NCBI GenBank assembly: GCA_031272275.1
Contig: JAISUC010000021.1
Span: forward strand, 7,490 to 71,489
Length of the DNA stretch: 64,000 nucleotides
DNA from: Actinomycetes bacterium
GTDB lineage: Bacteria > Actinomycetota > Coriobacteriia > WRKU01 > WQUG01
Direction: 5' to 3'
In this document: in pieces, positions 53,463 through 63,167 of the stretch
Position numbering within the stretch: position 1 is the stretch's first letter
How the letters are laid out: each line of letters begins with the position of its first letter
Notes under the pieces: model-generated
The model's input: the letters and a program-made list of their open reading frames with translations, nothing else
What the model was told of the DNA's origin: nothing
The model's database searches: none
Made by a program: the position numbers and the translations under genes

Positions 53463-55568
53463 ATGTACACAACCACCCTGCATGATCGCAGTTTCACCTT
53501 CGCGACGCTGAAAGCGCTCCTTGCCTGTGCCAGCGAGGAAAAAACCGGTGATGTGATGGCGGGTATCGCCGCCACCACCGAGCTGGAACGAATCGCCGCG
53601 CGCCGTATTCTGGCGGACTTACCCCTCAGCACGCTCTATGAAAACCCCGTCATTGCCTATGACACCGACGAAGTCACCCGCGTGATGATTGATGCGATTG
53701 ATGCGACCGCCTACGGCCGCATCAAAGACCTGACCGTGGGGGCATTCCGCGAACTGATTCTGGCGTCATCCCCGTCCTACCTGGCAAGCATCCGTGACGG
53801 CATCACGGCAGAGATGGCAAGTGCCACCGCGAAACTGATGAGCAACCTGGACCTGGTCTACGCCGCAGCCAAGCTCCCCGTAACGGCGACCTGCAACACG
53901 ACCATCGGGCTGCCCGGCACTTTCAGCGTGCGCTGCCAGCCGAACCACCCGACCGATGACGTCGCAGGAATCCTGGCTTCCACTGCCGAGGGACTCAGCT
54001 ACGGATGCGGGGATGCGGTTATCGGCGTGAACCCCGCCACCGACGACCCCGACAGCGTACGTGAAATCCTAACGGCGCTCCGCCGCCTGGTCGACGAATA
54101 CGCCATCCCGACCCAGAACTGCGTACTCGCGCACGTCAGCACCCAGATGGCAGCCCTTGCCTCTGGAGCCCCGGTTGACCTGATGTTCCAGTCGATTGCC
54201 GGCAGCCAACGTGCCAACGCAGCCTTTGGCATCGATGTGGCACTACTGGACGAAGCCGACCACATGATGCGACAGCTGAAAAACAGCACCGGCCCCAACT
54301 ATTTCTACTTTGAAACCGGCCAGGGCAGCGCGCTTTCTGCCGACGGGCACCACGGCGCCGACCAGCAAACGCTCGAGGCCCGCGCCTACAGCTTGGCAAA
54401 ACGCTACCGCCCCTTCCTGGTGAACACGGTGGTGGGCTTCATCGGCCCGGAATATCTGTATGACGGCCGCCAAATCATCCGCGCCGGCCTGGAAGACCAC
54501 TTCATGGGCAAACTGCTGGGCGTCCCCGCAGGCGTGGACGTCTGCTACACCAACCACGCCCGCGCCGACCAAAACGACGTAGACGTGCTGGTCGCGCTGC
54601 TTGCCCAGGCGGGTTGCAACTACATCATGGGCATCCCCACAACCGATGACGTGATGCTGGCATACCAAAGCTCCAGTTTCCACGACACGGCGACCATGCG
54701 CGAGCTCTTGGGTAAACATGCCATCCGGCCCTTCGAGCACCGCATGGAACAGCTCGGCGTTCTGTCGGACGGCCGGCTGACCACGCGCGCCGGCAACCCG
54801 CGCCTATTCGGCTACGACCCGCCGACCACGCACACAGCGAACACAGCGCAAGCCACACAATCGGCGGGGGAGCACGTCCCGACGCCCGCCCGTTTGGATG
54901 TCGGTCACGCCGGCCCGCGCCTGCGCACAGCGACACTTTTGGACCTGCGAGCCGACCACGCAATTGCACGCGATGCCGTTTGGGACGATACCGACTGCAG
55001 CGTGGCGGATGACCTGGGCTTTGTCACCGTGCAGACGCTGGTGAACGATAAAGAGGAATACCTGCGCCGCCCCGATTTGGCGCGTGGTTTCAGTGACGAA
55101 TCGCTGGCCTACCTGCGCCGCCACGCAGCCCCGGGTGCAGACCTGCAGATTATCGCAGCTGACGGATTGTCGGTCGCGGCCGTTCAGGAAAACCTGGCGC
55201 GGATCTATCCGGAACTGATCCGACTGGCGGGTGCTCGCGGCTACAGCACGGGCACACCCATCTATGTGCGTTATGGGCGTGTGGCGACGATGGACAAGAT
55301 TTCAGAAGCCCTGCAGGCAAAGGTCACCGTCCTGTTGGTGGGGGAACGCCCCGGCCTGGGTTGCCGCACCTCGATGAGTTGCTACATGGCTTGGGAGGCA
55401 AGCCCGGACAAGCCCGAGGCACAACGCAACGTAGTCTCGAACATCCACGACGGCGGTCTGCCACCCGAAGCTGCCGCCGAACGCATCATCTCGATTGCCG
55501 CCGATATGTTTCGGTACCGCACATCGGGCGTCGAACTGAACCGACTGCTCCATCGCGTCGCCCGCTGA
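53463..55568 (+). CDS. eutBC: Ethanolamine ammonia-lyase, large and small subunits fused (EutB-EutC)
   Basis: N-terminal about 455 aa is EutB-like and the C-terminal about 220 aa is EutC-like (LVGERPGLG..), joined by a Thr/Ala-rich linker; the ORF-track start at 53412 was rejected in favour of MYTTTLHDRSFTF. Confidence 0.8.
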   Translation: MYTTTLHDRSFTFATLKALLACASEEKTGDVMAGIAATTELERIAARRILADLPLSTLYENPVIAYDTDEVTRVMIDAIDATAYGRIKDLTVGAFRELILASSPSYLASIRDGITAEMASATAKLMSNLDLVYAAAKLPVTATCNTTIGLPGTFSVRCQPNHPTDDVAGILASTAEGLSYGCGDAVIGVNPATDDPDSVREILTALRRLVDEYAIPTQNCVLAHVSTQMAALASGAPVDLMFQSIAGSQRANAAFGIDVALLDEADHMMRQLKNSTGPNYFYFETGQGSALSADGHHGADQQTLEARAYSLAKRYRPFLVNTVVGFIGPEYLYDGRQIIRAGLEDHFMGKLLGVPAGVDVCYTNHARADQNDVDVLVALLAQAGCNYIMGIPTTDDVMLAYQSSSFHDTATMRELLGKHAIRPFEHRMEQLGVLSDGRLTTRAGNPRLFGYDPPTTHTANTAQATQSAGEHVPTPARLDVGHAGPRLRTATLLDLRADHAIARDAVWDDTDCSVADDLGFVTVQTLVNDKEEYLRRPDLARGFSDESLAYLRRHAAPGADLQIIAADGLSVAAVQENLARIYPELIRLAGARGYSTGTPIYVRYGRVATMDKISEALQAKVTVLLVGERPGLGCRTSMSCYMAWEASPDKPEAQRNVVSNIHDGGLPPEAAAERIISIAADMFRYRTSGVELNRLLHRVAR

Positions 55569-55648
55569 CAGCCGTATCAACGTGCATTTTTGTATCGACT
55601 TTGTTTGAACGGGAACAATTCCCCGCCGTCTTGTGCTACCATCAGCGC

Positions 55649-58600
55649 ATGGCACTACGGGGGAAATGTCGTCTGCTCTTGCCGGTCTGCGTTGTTCTCA
55701 CACTCTGCGGAATAGCTATCCGTGCGTTTGCGACAGAACCCATCAGCGGCTATACGCCACCCGCCATTGATTCCACAGACATAAACGAAGCCGACTACGA
55801 GTCGTTGCTGGACATCCCGCGGCAGGCGGTGCGGGGTCTGCGCACGACGGTCAGCGCTGACCCCTTGCCCGCCAGTTTCGATTGGCGAACAGAAAACCCA
55901 CAGATTCTGGTGGCAGCCCGCGATCAGAACCCCTATGGCAGTTGCTGGGCATTTGCCGCCACGGCGGTCATGGAGGGCAGTGCCGTTCAAAACGGATTGA
56001 CGGCAACCTCGATTATGCTCTCTCCGAAACAATTGGTGTATGCCGCCTATAACAGTCAAACCTTCGAGACACCCGCCGGTTACAGTGCGCTGAATGCCGG
56101 CGGAAACAGCCTGTATTCGGCGGCGGCATTGGGCAAATGGTTCGGTCCGGTTGACGAGGCGCGCGTGCCCTACGGAACCTCGACCGCGATTACCGACCCT
56201 GCCATCTATGCTGCCAGCGACTATCACCTGCGCGAGATGCGCATGTTGCCGATGCCGAAAAACAACACGACGGCACAGGCAGCCTATTCCGCCGAAAATG
56301 TGGAAACGATTAAGCGGGCGGTCAAAACGTGGGGACCTGTCGCGACCGCGTTTTACTGGGGGAATTATTGGAAGTCATCGACGAACAGTCCCTACAATTC
56401 GACGGTTTATTACTACTGCAACAACTCCCATTACAATCCCGCCGATCCTTATGGCAACCCACTCGGTGTCAATATCCCGAACCATGCGGTGGTGATCGTG
56501 GGCTGGGACGACAGCATTTCCCGGACGAATTTCAATACAAACATCGATAGCCAACCCCCGGGTGACGGGGCGTGGTTGATTCGCAACAGCTGGGGTCCGA
56601 CCTTTGGACAGGCAGGCTATTTCTGGATGTCGTATTACGACAAATCCATGGACACCAGCGAATACTTCAGCATCGAGGATGTTTCGAACTACGACCACAA
56701 CTATTACTGGGACGCGATGGGCTGGATCGGCGGCGAAATCGAAAACGATGGCGACGCCGCAGACGCCGCGCAAATCGCAAACGTGTTCACATCAACGGCA
56801 ACGACCACGGTGGCACAGGAACTGCGTGCCGTCAGCTTTTACACCGACGAACCGGACACCGACTACGAGATCGCCGTCTACCTGAACCCGACCGATGGCA
56901 GTCCGACAGGTCCTTTGCAGGCAGATGTCGCAGACGGCGCCGCGCTGACGATCACCGGAAACAAAGTCTACGCGGGGCTTTATACCGTCGACCTGGACAT
57001 TCCGGTGTATTTGCCCGCAGGGCAGACCTTCTCGGTGGTTGTCACCTTGTCACGCACGGATGGCGTGGACGCAATCCCGGTCGAGGCCAGCGACAGCGGC
57101 ACGACCCTGCAGGGCGATCCGGCTTCCGGGCTGCTGTCAACCGGCGTCGACGGGTTGGATATCGCCCCGGGTCAAAGCTACTATCGCTTCACCGCAGCCC
57201 CGGGCGACAGCAGCCCCGTCACCGACCCCGTCTGGACCGACGTCTATGACACGGTCTCGGCGCCCAATTCAGACTACGCCGACTGTGGCAACGTGAACGT
57301 GAAAGCCCTGACGGTCGACACCTCCGCAACCGCAGCCGCGCGTTATACGATCGGCTTTGATTCCTGCGGTGGCACATCCGTGCCGGCGACCACCATCGCC
57401 TCCGGTGCCCCGTACGGCACGCTTCCCACCCCCACGCGCGCCGGCTGCGACTTCCTGGGCTGGTTCACCGAATCGGTCGAGGGCACGCAGGTCACCGCAG
57501 CCACCACCGCGACCGAAAATCGCATCCTCTACGCACACTGGGGCTACGTCATCACCTTTGATGCACGCGGTCACAGCGCCGACACAACCGTTACCTTGTC
57601 CGGCGGACACGCGCTGACCACCCTGCCGGCAGACATCACGCGCGCCGGCTACACTTTCGCCGGCTGGTGGACTGAACCCGACGGCGGTTTTCCCATCGCC
57701 GCCGGCATCTTTCCCGCAGGTAGCACGGCCTATTACGCCCGCTGGACCTGCACGATTACCTATGACGCGCGCGGCGGCAGCAGCACCCCCGCCACCCAGA
57801 CGGTCTTTGACGGCGCAACCGTCACGCTACCCACAGCGACGCGCGCCGGTTACACCTTCGGCGGCTGGTGGACCGCCGCCACCGCAGGATCGCAGGTCGG
57901 TTCGGACTGGCACGCCGGTGGAGACATCACGCTCCACGCCCATTGGAACAGCACCGTCAGTTTTGATGTCAACGGGGGGGATACCGCCACGACGCCACCG
58001 CCCATCGTGGTCGCCCAGGACAGCGCCTATGGCCCGCTGCCGACGGCGATGCGCGCCGGCTATACCTTCGACGGTTGGTATACGGCACCCGGCGGGGGAG
58101 TACGGGTCGGCAGCGACGATTATCCCGCCGGCGGGGATGCGACCCTGTACGCCCGGTGGGTCAGCGTTGTCGTGTGGGATGCGCGCGGTTTCAGCACTGA
58201 CACCACCCGGGCGGTTGCGTTCGGGTCTGCGGTCGGTACCTTGCCGGCTGACGTGACGCGCGCCGGCTACACATTTGCCGGCTGGTGGACGGCTGCGGAC
58301 GGTGGTACGCAGGTCACGGCCGCCGCGGTGCCTCCCGGAAATGTGACCTATTATGCGCGCTGGACCTGTACGGTGAGCTTTGACACGCACGGCGGCACGG
58401 CGGCACCGGCGCTGACCGTGTTTCAGGGACAGTCGGTCACGTTGCCTGCGGTTTCGCGCGTCAGCTACAGTTTCGCCGGCTGGTGGACGGACGCGACCGG
58501 CGGCACGCAGCTGACCGGTTCGTATACGCCTGCCGGCGACATCACGCTGCACGCGCACTGGTGCAGCCGTATCGTCCTGAACGCGAACGGCGGAATCACA

Positions 58601-59989
58601 CCGGTCACCACGCAGCTGCTGATTGCAGACGGAGATGCGTACGGTGCGCTGCCCACGACGACGCGGATCGGCTATACCTTCGGTGGCTGGTGGACGGACG
58701 CGACCGGCGGCACGCAGGTTCAGGCAGGCGACATCGCGACCGGTAACCGAACCCTGTACGCCCACTGGCTCAGCACTGTGACTTTTAATGCCCGCGGTGG
58801 CAGCGCCGTTGCGGCACGTACGGTCGACTATGGGCAGCCCTTGGGGGCGCTGCCATCCGGTGTCACCCGTGCCGGCTATACGTTCGGTGGCTGGTGGACG
58901 GCTGCTGACGGCGGCACGCAGGTCACGGCCGCCACGGTGCCCACAGGCGACGTCACCTATTACGCGCGCTGGACCTGGACGGTGAGTTTTGATACGCGCG
59001 GGGGCAGCACGGTCAGCGCGCTGACGCGCTATGACAACCAAACGGCGGCTCCGGGTAACCCGACCAAGCCGGGCTACACGTTTGATGGCTGGTGGACCGC
59101 CGGCACGGGCGGCACGCGGGTTGCGACCCCGATTGCTGCCGGCTCCACCAACGGCAGCATCACCCTGTATGCCCACTGGGGCAGCACCGTGACCTGGGAC
59201 GCCCGTGGTGGCAGCACCGTCGGCTTGCGCCTGGTTCCCGAAGGATCCGCCATCGGCAGCCTACCGACTCCGACCCGTACCAAAGCCCGTCTGCTGGGCT
59301 GGTACACGCTGCCTGCGGGCAACGGCGTACAGGTTGATGCCGGTTTCGTGCCGAACGGCAACACGCAGCTGTATGCGCACTGGATGATGCAGGTGGCGTT
59401 TAACACGCGCGGCGGCAGCTCGGTTTCCACAACTGAAATCGCCCAGGGCTCGGTCATCGGCACGTTGCCGGTCACGACGCGCGCCGGTTACGTGTTCGCC
59501 GGCTGGAGCACTGACGGCGCGGACTCCGGCGGCGGCATCATCGACGCCGGCTTCGTCGTCTACGACCCGCTGACCTTGTACGCGCGCTGGACCGCCATCG
59601 GGGGCAGCTCGCAGACGGGTGGTTCGCAAACCGGGCAAGCAACCACCCCGGGCGGTAATACGGGCACGTCTGCATCGACCACGCAGCAAACGGTACAAGT
59701 TGCCAAGCCCAAACGCACCGCCATCAAGAAGCTGACCGTCGGCAAACGAAAAGTCACCGTCACCTGGAAAAAGGTCGGCAGCATCAGCAAATACCAGCTG
59801 CGCTATCGCATCCGCGGGAAAAAGGCTTGGAAGTACAAGCTGGTCAGCGCCAAACAGACCAAGCTGGTCCTGAAAAAGCTGAAGCGCGCCAAACGCTACC
59901 AAATCCAGGTGCGCAGCTACTGCCTGCGCGGCAGCAAACGCCTCTATTCCCCTTGGTCTGCCACCAAAACCACCAAACGCGTACGGTGA
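55649..59989 (+). CDS. Secreted papain-family (C1) cysteine peptidase with about 14 Listeria-Bacteroides (Flg_new-type) repeats and a C-terminal basic Ig/FN3-like domain
   Basis: Signal peptide MALRGKCRLLLPVCVVLTLCGIAIRAFA; C1 motifs QNPYGSCWAFA, NHAVVIVGWDD, WLIRNSWG; repeated ...RAGYTFAGWWT..GGTQV.. modules; K/R-rich tail; no LPXTG. Confidence 0.8.
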   Translation: MALRGKCRLLLPVCVVLTLCGIAIRAFATEPISGYTPPAIDSTDINEADYESLLDIPRQAVRGLRTTVSADPLPASFDWRTENPQILVAARDQNPYGSCWAFAATAVMEGSAVQNGLTATSIMLSPKQLVYAAYNSQTFETPAGYSALNAGGNSLYSAAALGKWFGPVDEARVPYGTSTAITDPAIYAASDYHLREMRMLPMPKNNTTAQAAYSAENVETIKRAVKTWGPVATAFYWGNYWKSSTNSPYNSTVYYYCNNSHYNPADPYGNPLGVNIPNHAVVIVGWDDSISRTNFNTNIDSQPPGDGAWLIRNSWGPTFGQAGYFWMSYYDKSMDTSEYFSIEDVSNYDHNYYWDAMGWIGGEIENDGDAADAAQIANVFTSTATTTVAQELRAVSFYTDEPDTDYEIAVYLNPTDGSPTGPLQADVADGAALTITGNKVYAGLYTVDLDIPVYLPAGQTFSVVVTLSRTDGVDAIPVEASDSGTTLQGDPASGLLSTGVDGLDIAPGQSYYRFTAAPGDSSPVTDPVWTDVYDTVSAPNSDYADCGNVNVKALTVDTSATAAARYTIGFDSCGGTSVPATTIASGAPYGTLPTPTRAGCDFLGWFTESVEGTQVTAATTATENRILYAHWGYVITFDARGHSADTTVTLSGGHALTTLPADITRAGYTFAGWWTEPDGGFPIAAGIFPAGSTAYYARWTCTITYDARGGSSTPATQTVFDGATVTLPTATRAGYTFGGWWTAATAGSQVGSDWHAGGDITLHAHWNSTVSFDVNGGDTATTPPPIVVAQDSAYGPLPTAMRAGYTFDGWYTAPGGGVRVGSDDYPAGGDATLYARWVSVVVWDARGFSTDTTRAVAFGSAVGTLPADVTRAGYTFAGWWTAADGGTQVTAAAVPPGNVTYYARWTCTVSFDTHGGTAAPALTVFQGQSVTLPAVSRVSYSFAGWWTDATGGTQLTGSYTPAGDITLHAHWCSRIVLNANGGITPVTTQLLIADGDAYGALPTTTRIGYTFGGWWTDATGGTQVQAGDIATGNRTLYAHWLSTVTFNARGGSAVAARTVDYGQPLGALPSGVTRAGYTFGGWWTAADGGTQVTAATVPTGDVTYYARWTWTVSFDTRGGSTVSALTRYDNQTAAPGNPTKPGYTFDGWWTAGTGGTRVATPIAAGSTNGSITLYAHWGSTVTWDARGGSTVGLRLVPEGSAIGSLPTPTRTKARLLGWYTLPAGNGVQVDAGFVPNGNTQLYAHWMMQVAFNTRGGSSVSTTEIAQGSVIGTLPVTTRAGYVFAGWSTDGADSGGGIIDAGFVVYDPLTLYARWTAIGGSSQTGGSQTGQATTPGGNTGTSASTTQQTVQVAKPKRTAIKKLTVGKRKVTVTWKKVGSISKYQLRYRIRGKKAWKYKLVSAKQTKLVLKKLKRAKRYQIQVRSYCLRGSKRLYSPWSATKTTKRVR

Positions 59990-59998
59990 TTTCGGTCG

Positions 59999-60658
59999 TC
60001 ACTCTTCTGTATCCTCACTAAAGTCAAGAGCGAGTTGCTCTCCTGCTTTCAGGTGTTCCTCTTCTGCTTTCAGGAGTTTCTCGAACCGTTTTTGCACGAT
60101 TTCTTCCAATGATTTCACGAGTTCTTGCAAATCTTCAATATCTTTCAGTTCGCGTAGCGAAAAAAGGGTGTCACCAAATTCATCTCGATATCGACGATAC
60201 AGAACAACGGGTTTGTTGTTCAGCAGTAGCTGGATTGCATTTCTCAGACTTCCCGAGCTTACCGATAGCTGTCCGTAACGTGGGTGCATATACGTATCCT
60301 GCCACACAATCAAACCATATTTGCACGCGTCACCCATTGCCCGGTCTTTTTCTGTTTCCCGTTCTTTTTGCTTACGTGGTTTACCGTCTTCACTAGATTT
60401 TTCTTCGGCCTTTGGTGAAACCTGAACTATGTCCCAGTCCTCCGGCACCTTTATCCGGGGCGTATCGTGAATGGTGTATACCGTGACGTTGGTATACTTA
60501 CGTTTTCTGAGATCTTCAGCGATACGAGCATCAACCCCCCTCTCAGAGTCACCGATCAACACGGGGATATCTTGGTCGACAATGTTGGCAATTCGTTCCT
60601 CTAACTCCTCGGGCAGAGAATCAATCTGTCGTGATCCGCTAATGAACACAGAACCCAT
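59999..60658 (-). CDS. SLOG/DprA-like Rossmann-fold protein (N-terminal FISGSR...VLIGDSERGVD) with an acidic coiled-coil C-terminus
   Basis: 219 aa; low-GC island gene; the pattern resembles DprA/YpsA/LOG-type nucleotide-binding modules; the family assignment is tentative. Confidence 0.5.
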   Translation of the reverse strand: MGSVFISGSRQIDSLPEELEERIANIVDQDIPVLIGDSERGVDARIAEDLRKRKYTNVTVYTIHDTPRIKVPEDWDIVQVSPKAEEKSSEDGKPRKQKERETEKDRAMGDACKYGLIVWQDTYMHPRYGQLSVSSGSLRNAIQLLLNNKPVVLYRRYRDEFGDTLFSLRELKDIEDLQELVKSLEEIVQKRFEKLLKAEEEHLKAGEQLALDFSEDTEE

Positions 60659-60718
60659 TAAATACTCCTTAAATTCTTCAGTTAATCTGTCGAGACTCCA
60701 TTGTACCCGCCCCGTCCC

Positions 60719-61468
60719 TTAAAAGGGAATGTCTTCGGTCAGGACCTCGACGCTCGGGCCGTTTTGTCGAGACTCAGCTGTACCCACCCCGTCCTTTTTT
60801 ATACCACCACCGGTGTTTTTGCAGAGTGACAGGAAGTATATGTGACCGGCTCCGTTCTTCTGCAGTTCCTTAATACAGGCCCGTAAGGTGGCACCTTCCT
60901 CATACGTGTCATCAACAATCAAGGTGGGAAGGCCATTCAAAGTATAAGTGCACGAGAAATCACCTTCAGAAAAATTAGATCCCCTCTCTTTTCTTTTCGA
61001 CTCCACACACGTCTTCTTCAGTAAGGCTTCAACGTATCGGTATTCAGGTGTTGCGAGTCCTTGTGCGATTGCATAGACGTGCTGAATATCTCGGTCTTTC
61101 GAGGACGGAGCCGGCACGATCAAAAGAGACCCGAGGTCTTCTGCCGCAACCAGGTTTTTGATTACACCGGATTTCTTTATTCTACTTACCGCATCACTGA
61201 TGAGTTCCAGCTTTTCCTTCCTACCAAGATTCTTCCAATACTTTAAGTGATTGATAGTCTCCCCGAAATCAGAGCGATTGGCAGCGTCCTTATGATACGG
61301 TTGGATTGCCAAGCCCTTGGTAAGACCGTCTGCAGTGATGGGAAGAAAAAGCCTACTGCCACAACCACCGAACCAGTCTTTGCAATAGTACTCACCTTCA
61401 TGGAGTTTACTCTTCATAATATCGGTGTTGCCACAAAACGGGCATCGCTCTATTCCTAGGAATTCCAT
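60719..61468 (-). CDS. ComF-like phosphoribosyltransferase-domain protein with N-terminal C4 zinc ribbon
   Basis: CPFCGN..C..GGCG zinc ribbon; PRTase type I motif LIVDDTYEEGATLRACIKEL; strong RBS GAGGAGGTG. Confidence 0.75.
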   Translation of the reverse strand: MEFLGIERCPFCGNTDIMKSKLHEGEYYCKDWFGGCGSRLFLPITADGLTKGLAIQPYHKDAANRSDFGETINHLKYWKNLGRKEKLELISDAVSRIKKSGVIKNLVAAEDLGSLLIVPAPSSKDRDIQHVYAIAQGLATPEYRYVEALLKKTCVESKRKERGSNFSEGDFSCTYTLNGLPTLIVDDTYEEGATLRACIKELQKNGAGHIYFLSLCKNTGGGIKKDGVGTAESRQNGPSVEVLTEDIPF

Positions 61469-61569
61469 TTCTTCACCTCCTCACAAAACGGGCATCGCTT
61501 TTTCTCGATTACCTTGACCCTGCCTTGTTTCTGCATCTCTTTAAATAAATCCAACATACTCTTAGCCAT
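61456..61569 (-). CDS. 37-aa ORF (MAKSMLDLFKEMQKQGRVKVIEKKRCPFCEEVKKWNS) that duplicates the PRTase N-terminal half zinc ribbon and overlaps the PRTase start
   Basis: RBS GAGGTGG 7 nt upstream; an 18-nt direct repeat cacaaaacgggcatcgct sits at 61432-61449 and 61482-61499; not in the supplied ORF track (under 60 aa). Confidence 0.3.
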   Translation of the reverse strand: MAKSMLDLFKEMQKQGRVKVIEKKRCPFCEEVKKWNS

Positions 61570-61581
61570 CTTTTCCACCTC

Positions 61582-62904
61582 TCACTGCAGACCGCGTTTT
61601 ATGATCTTCATATGACGCTTTGTTCCCTTGAATAGTGACGGGCTTCGTTCGAATGTTCGATGGGATCGCTTTACGTAGTTCAGGAAATTCGGCTGCTTTC
61701 GATCCCCCTTCTCCGAATAGATCTGATAGAGCATCCTTCTTGATTTTGCCCCTTTATGTGGGTCTTGTGCCGCAATGGCGTTTACCGTATTGATCTTTCG
61801 GCGTAGGCGATAGTGGTATTTTGAAATGGTCTTATCGCGAATGCGGACTTCCGTGCCGTCAATAGCGAAACCCAGATATTCCAACACATCTTTCGTGTTC
61901 GGTGTATCCGGCAGATAGTCCTCGTTGCAGTTGTGGATTGCACTGTGCACACGGTGATAAACACGGGTTTTGTCCGGCTGCAGGTCGAGCCCGGGGATTG
62001 AATCAATAATGCCGACCAGCCTTTTGTAGATACAATCAAAACCGACTCCGTCCGTTTCGTCGGAAGGGATGATGACGATGAAGTCATCACAATAGCGCAT
62101 GTATTTACCGGAGTATTCCGTCACCAAATCATGTATCAACTTGTCGAATTCCAGCATATAGACGTTTGATAAAACCCCACTGATGGGGGAGCCTTGCGGT
62201 ATCCCATAGTCGTTGTCATTACGTGCGATAGCACCACTGCGCGATTCGCGTTTACTCAACTGCCTGTATTGCTCAGGGGTCAACACACGCTTTTTTCGGT
62301 CGAGCTCTCTGCGCGTCTTAACCCCATTGATTTCCAGCAAGGACTTCAGGCTCCAATCAGAATAGCGCGTGATGTTCTTGTAGACCGCATAATAATCAGC
62401 AGGGAGCTTTGGGGCACCAAACAATGAAAGAAGTCGTTCTTTCAAGTACCGATGATCCAAGTGGTCAAAGAAGCCCGTAAAATCCCCAATCAACACAAAA
62501 CACTCCGGATGCTCGGCAATACAATCAAAGGCCGCTTTCGCGAAGTCTATGTTGCATTTTTTCAGGTCTGACCGATATGCAATGGCACAATCAGCGGTGC
62601 CGTCAACAGCAATGCGCCGAACGTACTTTTCCTCCAACAGCAGCGAATAGTATTGATAGATGCAGCGATCGATGTGCGCGGCATAGCGAATGGGGCGTTC
62701 TTTTGCCTTGGTACCGGTTCCCTTGTGGTATTTCCGCGTATGCTCGACGTAGTGAATAAAAGGATAGAATCCGTGTCGCGCAACTTTTTCGGGATCCGTG
62801 ATGTAATCCCATTTGCTGTCGCAGCTTACGCGCAGATCAAAGTGCGCGTAGCCTTTTGGCTTGCTGTGTTTATTTCGCCACTCGTGCAGCTGTTCGGGGG
62901 TCAT
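61582..62904 (-). CDS. Reverse transcriptase (retron/defence-associated RT-like, canonical motifs 1-7)
   Basis: RPIRYAAHIDRCIYQYY (motifs 1/2), DFTGFFDHLDH (motif A, D..FF), GIPQGSPISGVLSNVYM (B'), YCDDFIVI (YxDD), LGFAIDG (motif 7); 440 aa with a basic C-terminal tail. Confidence 0.85.
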   Translation of the reverse strand: MTPEQLHEWRNKHSKPKGYAHFDLRVSCDSKWDYITDPEKVARHGFYPFIHYVEHTRKYHKGTGTKAKERPIRYAAHIDRCIYQYYSLLLEEKYVRRIAVDGTADCAIAYRSDLKKCNIDFAKAAFDCIAEHPECFVLIGDFTGFFDHLDHRYLKERLLSLFGAPKLPADYYAVYKNITRYSDWSLKSLLEINGVKTRRELDRKKRVLTPEQYRQLSKRESRSGAIARNDNDYGIPQGSPISGVLSNVYMLEFDKLIHDLVTEYSGKYMRYCDDFIVIIPSDETDGVGFDCIYKRLVGIIDSIPGLDLQPDKTRVYHRVHSAIHNCNEDYLPDTPNTKDVLEYLGFAIDGTEVRIRDKTISKYHYRLRRKINTVNAIAAQDPHKGAKSRRMLYQIYSEKGDRKQPNFLNYVKRSHRTFERSPSLFKGTKRHMKIIKRGLQ

Positions 62905-63167
62905 ATTGTTGTCCCCGAATGCACAAAAGCCACCGGCACGGGGTACGACATCCCTAATCCGGTGGCCCTAAAACGATAATACCTGATGTCATTGACATCG
63001 TCGGCCGTACTCAATTGCACACAAAGTGCGATCATGTAGTTCAATACTTCCCTTATCCCTGCGGATAAGGCGTCCCCATTGTAGATGATTTGCGTTGGGC
63101 TGTCAACGCTCGTTTCGAAGCCGACCAATTGCCTCTCCTGCTCTTCCAGCGGAATAATACTTCCCAT
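62901..63167 (-). CDS. 88-aa hypothetical ORF translationally coupled to the RT (ATGA overlap); alternatively a non-coding RNA region
   Basis: Its stop overlaps the RT start codon; the region holds several stable hairpins (62930-62965, 62985-62999, 63051-63070), so a structured ncRNA is equally possible. Confidence 0.35.
   Translation of the reverse strand: MGSIIPLEEQERQLVGFETSVDSPTQIIYNGDALSAGIREVLNYMIALCVQLSTADDVNDIRYYRFRATGLGMSYPVPVAFVHSGTTI

Noticed and set aside
55361-55648. ORF-track start of the surface peptidase at 55361
   Set aside because: That stretch overlaps the eutBC 3' end in another frame. The signal peptide begins at the Met at 55649.
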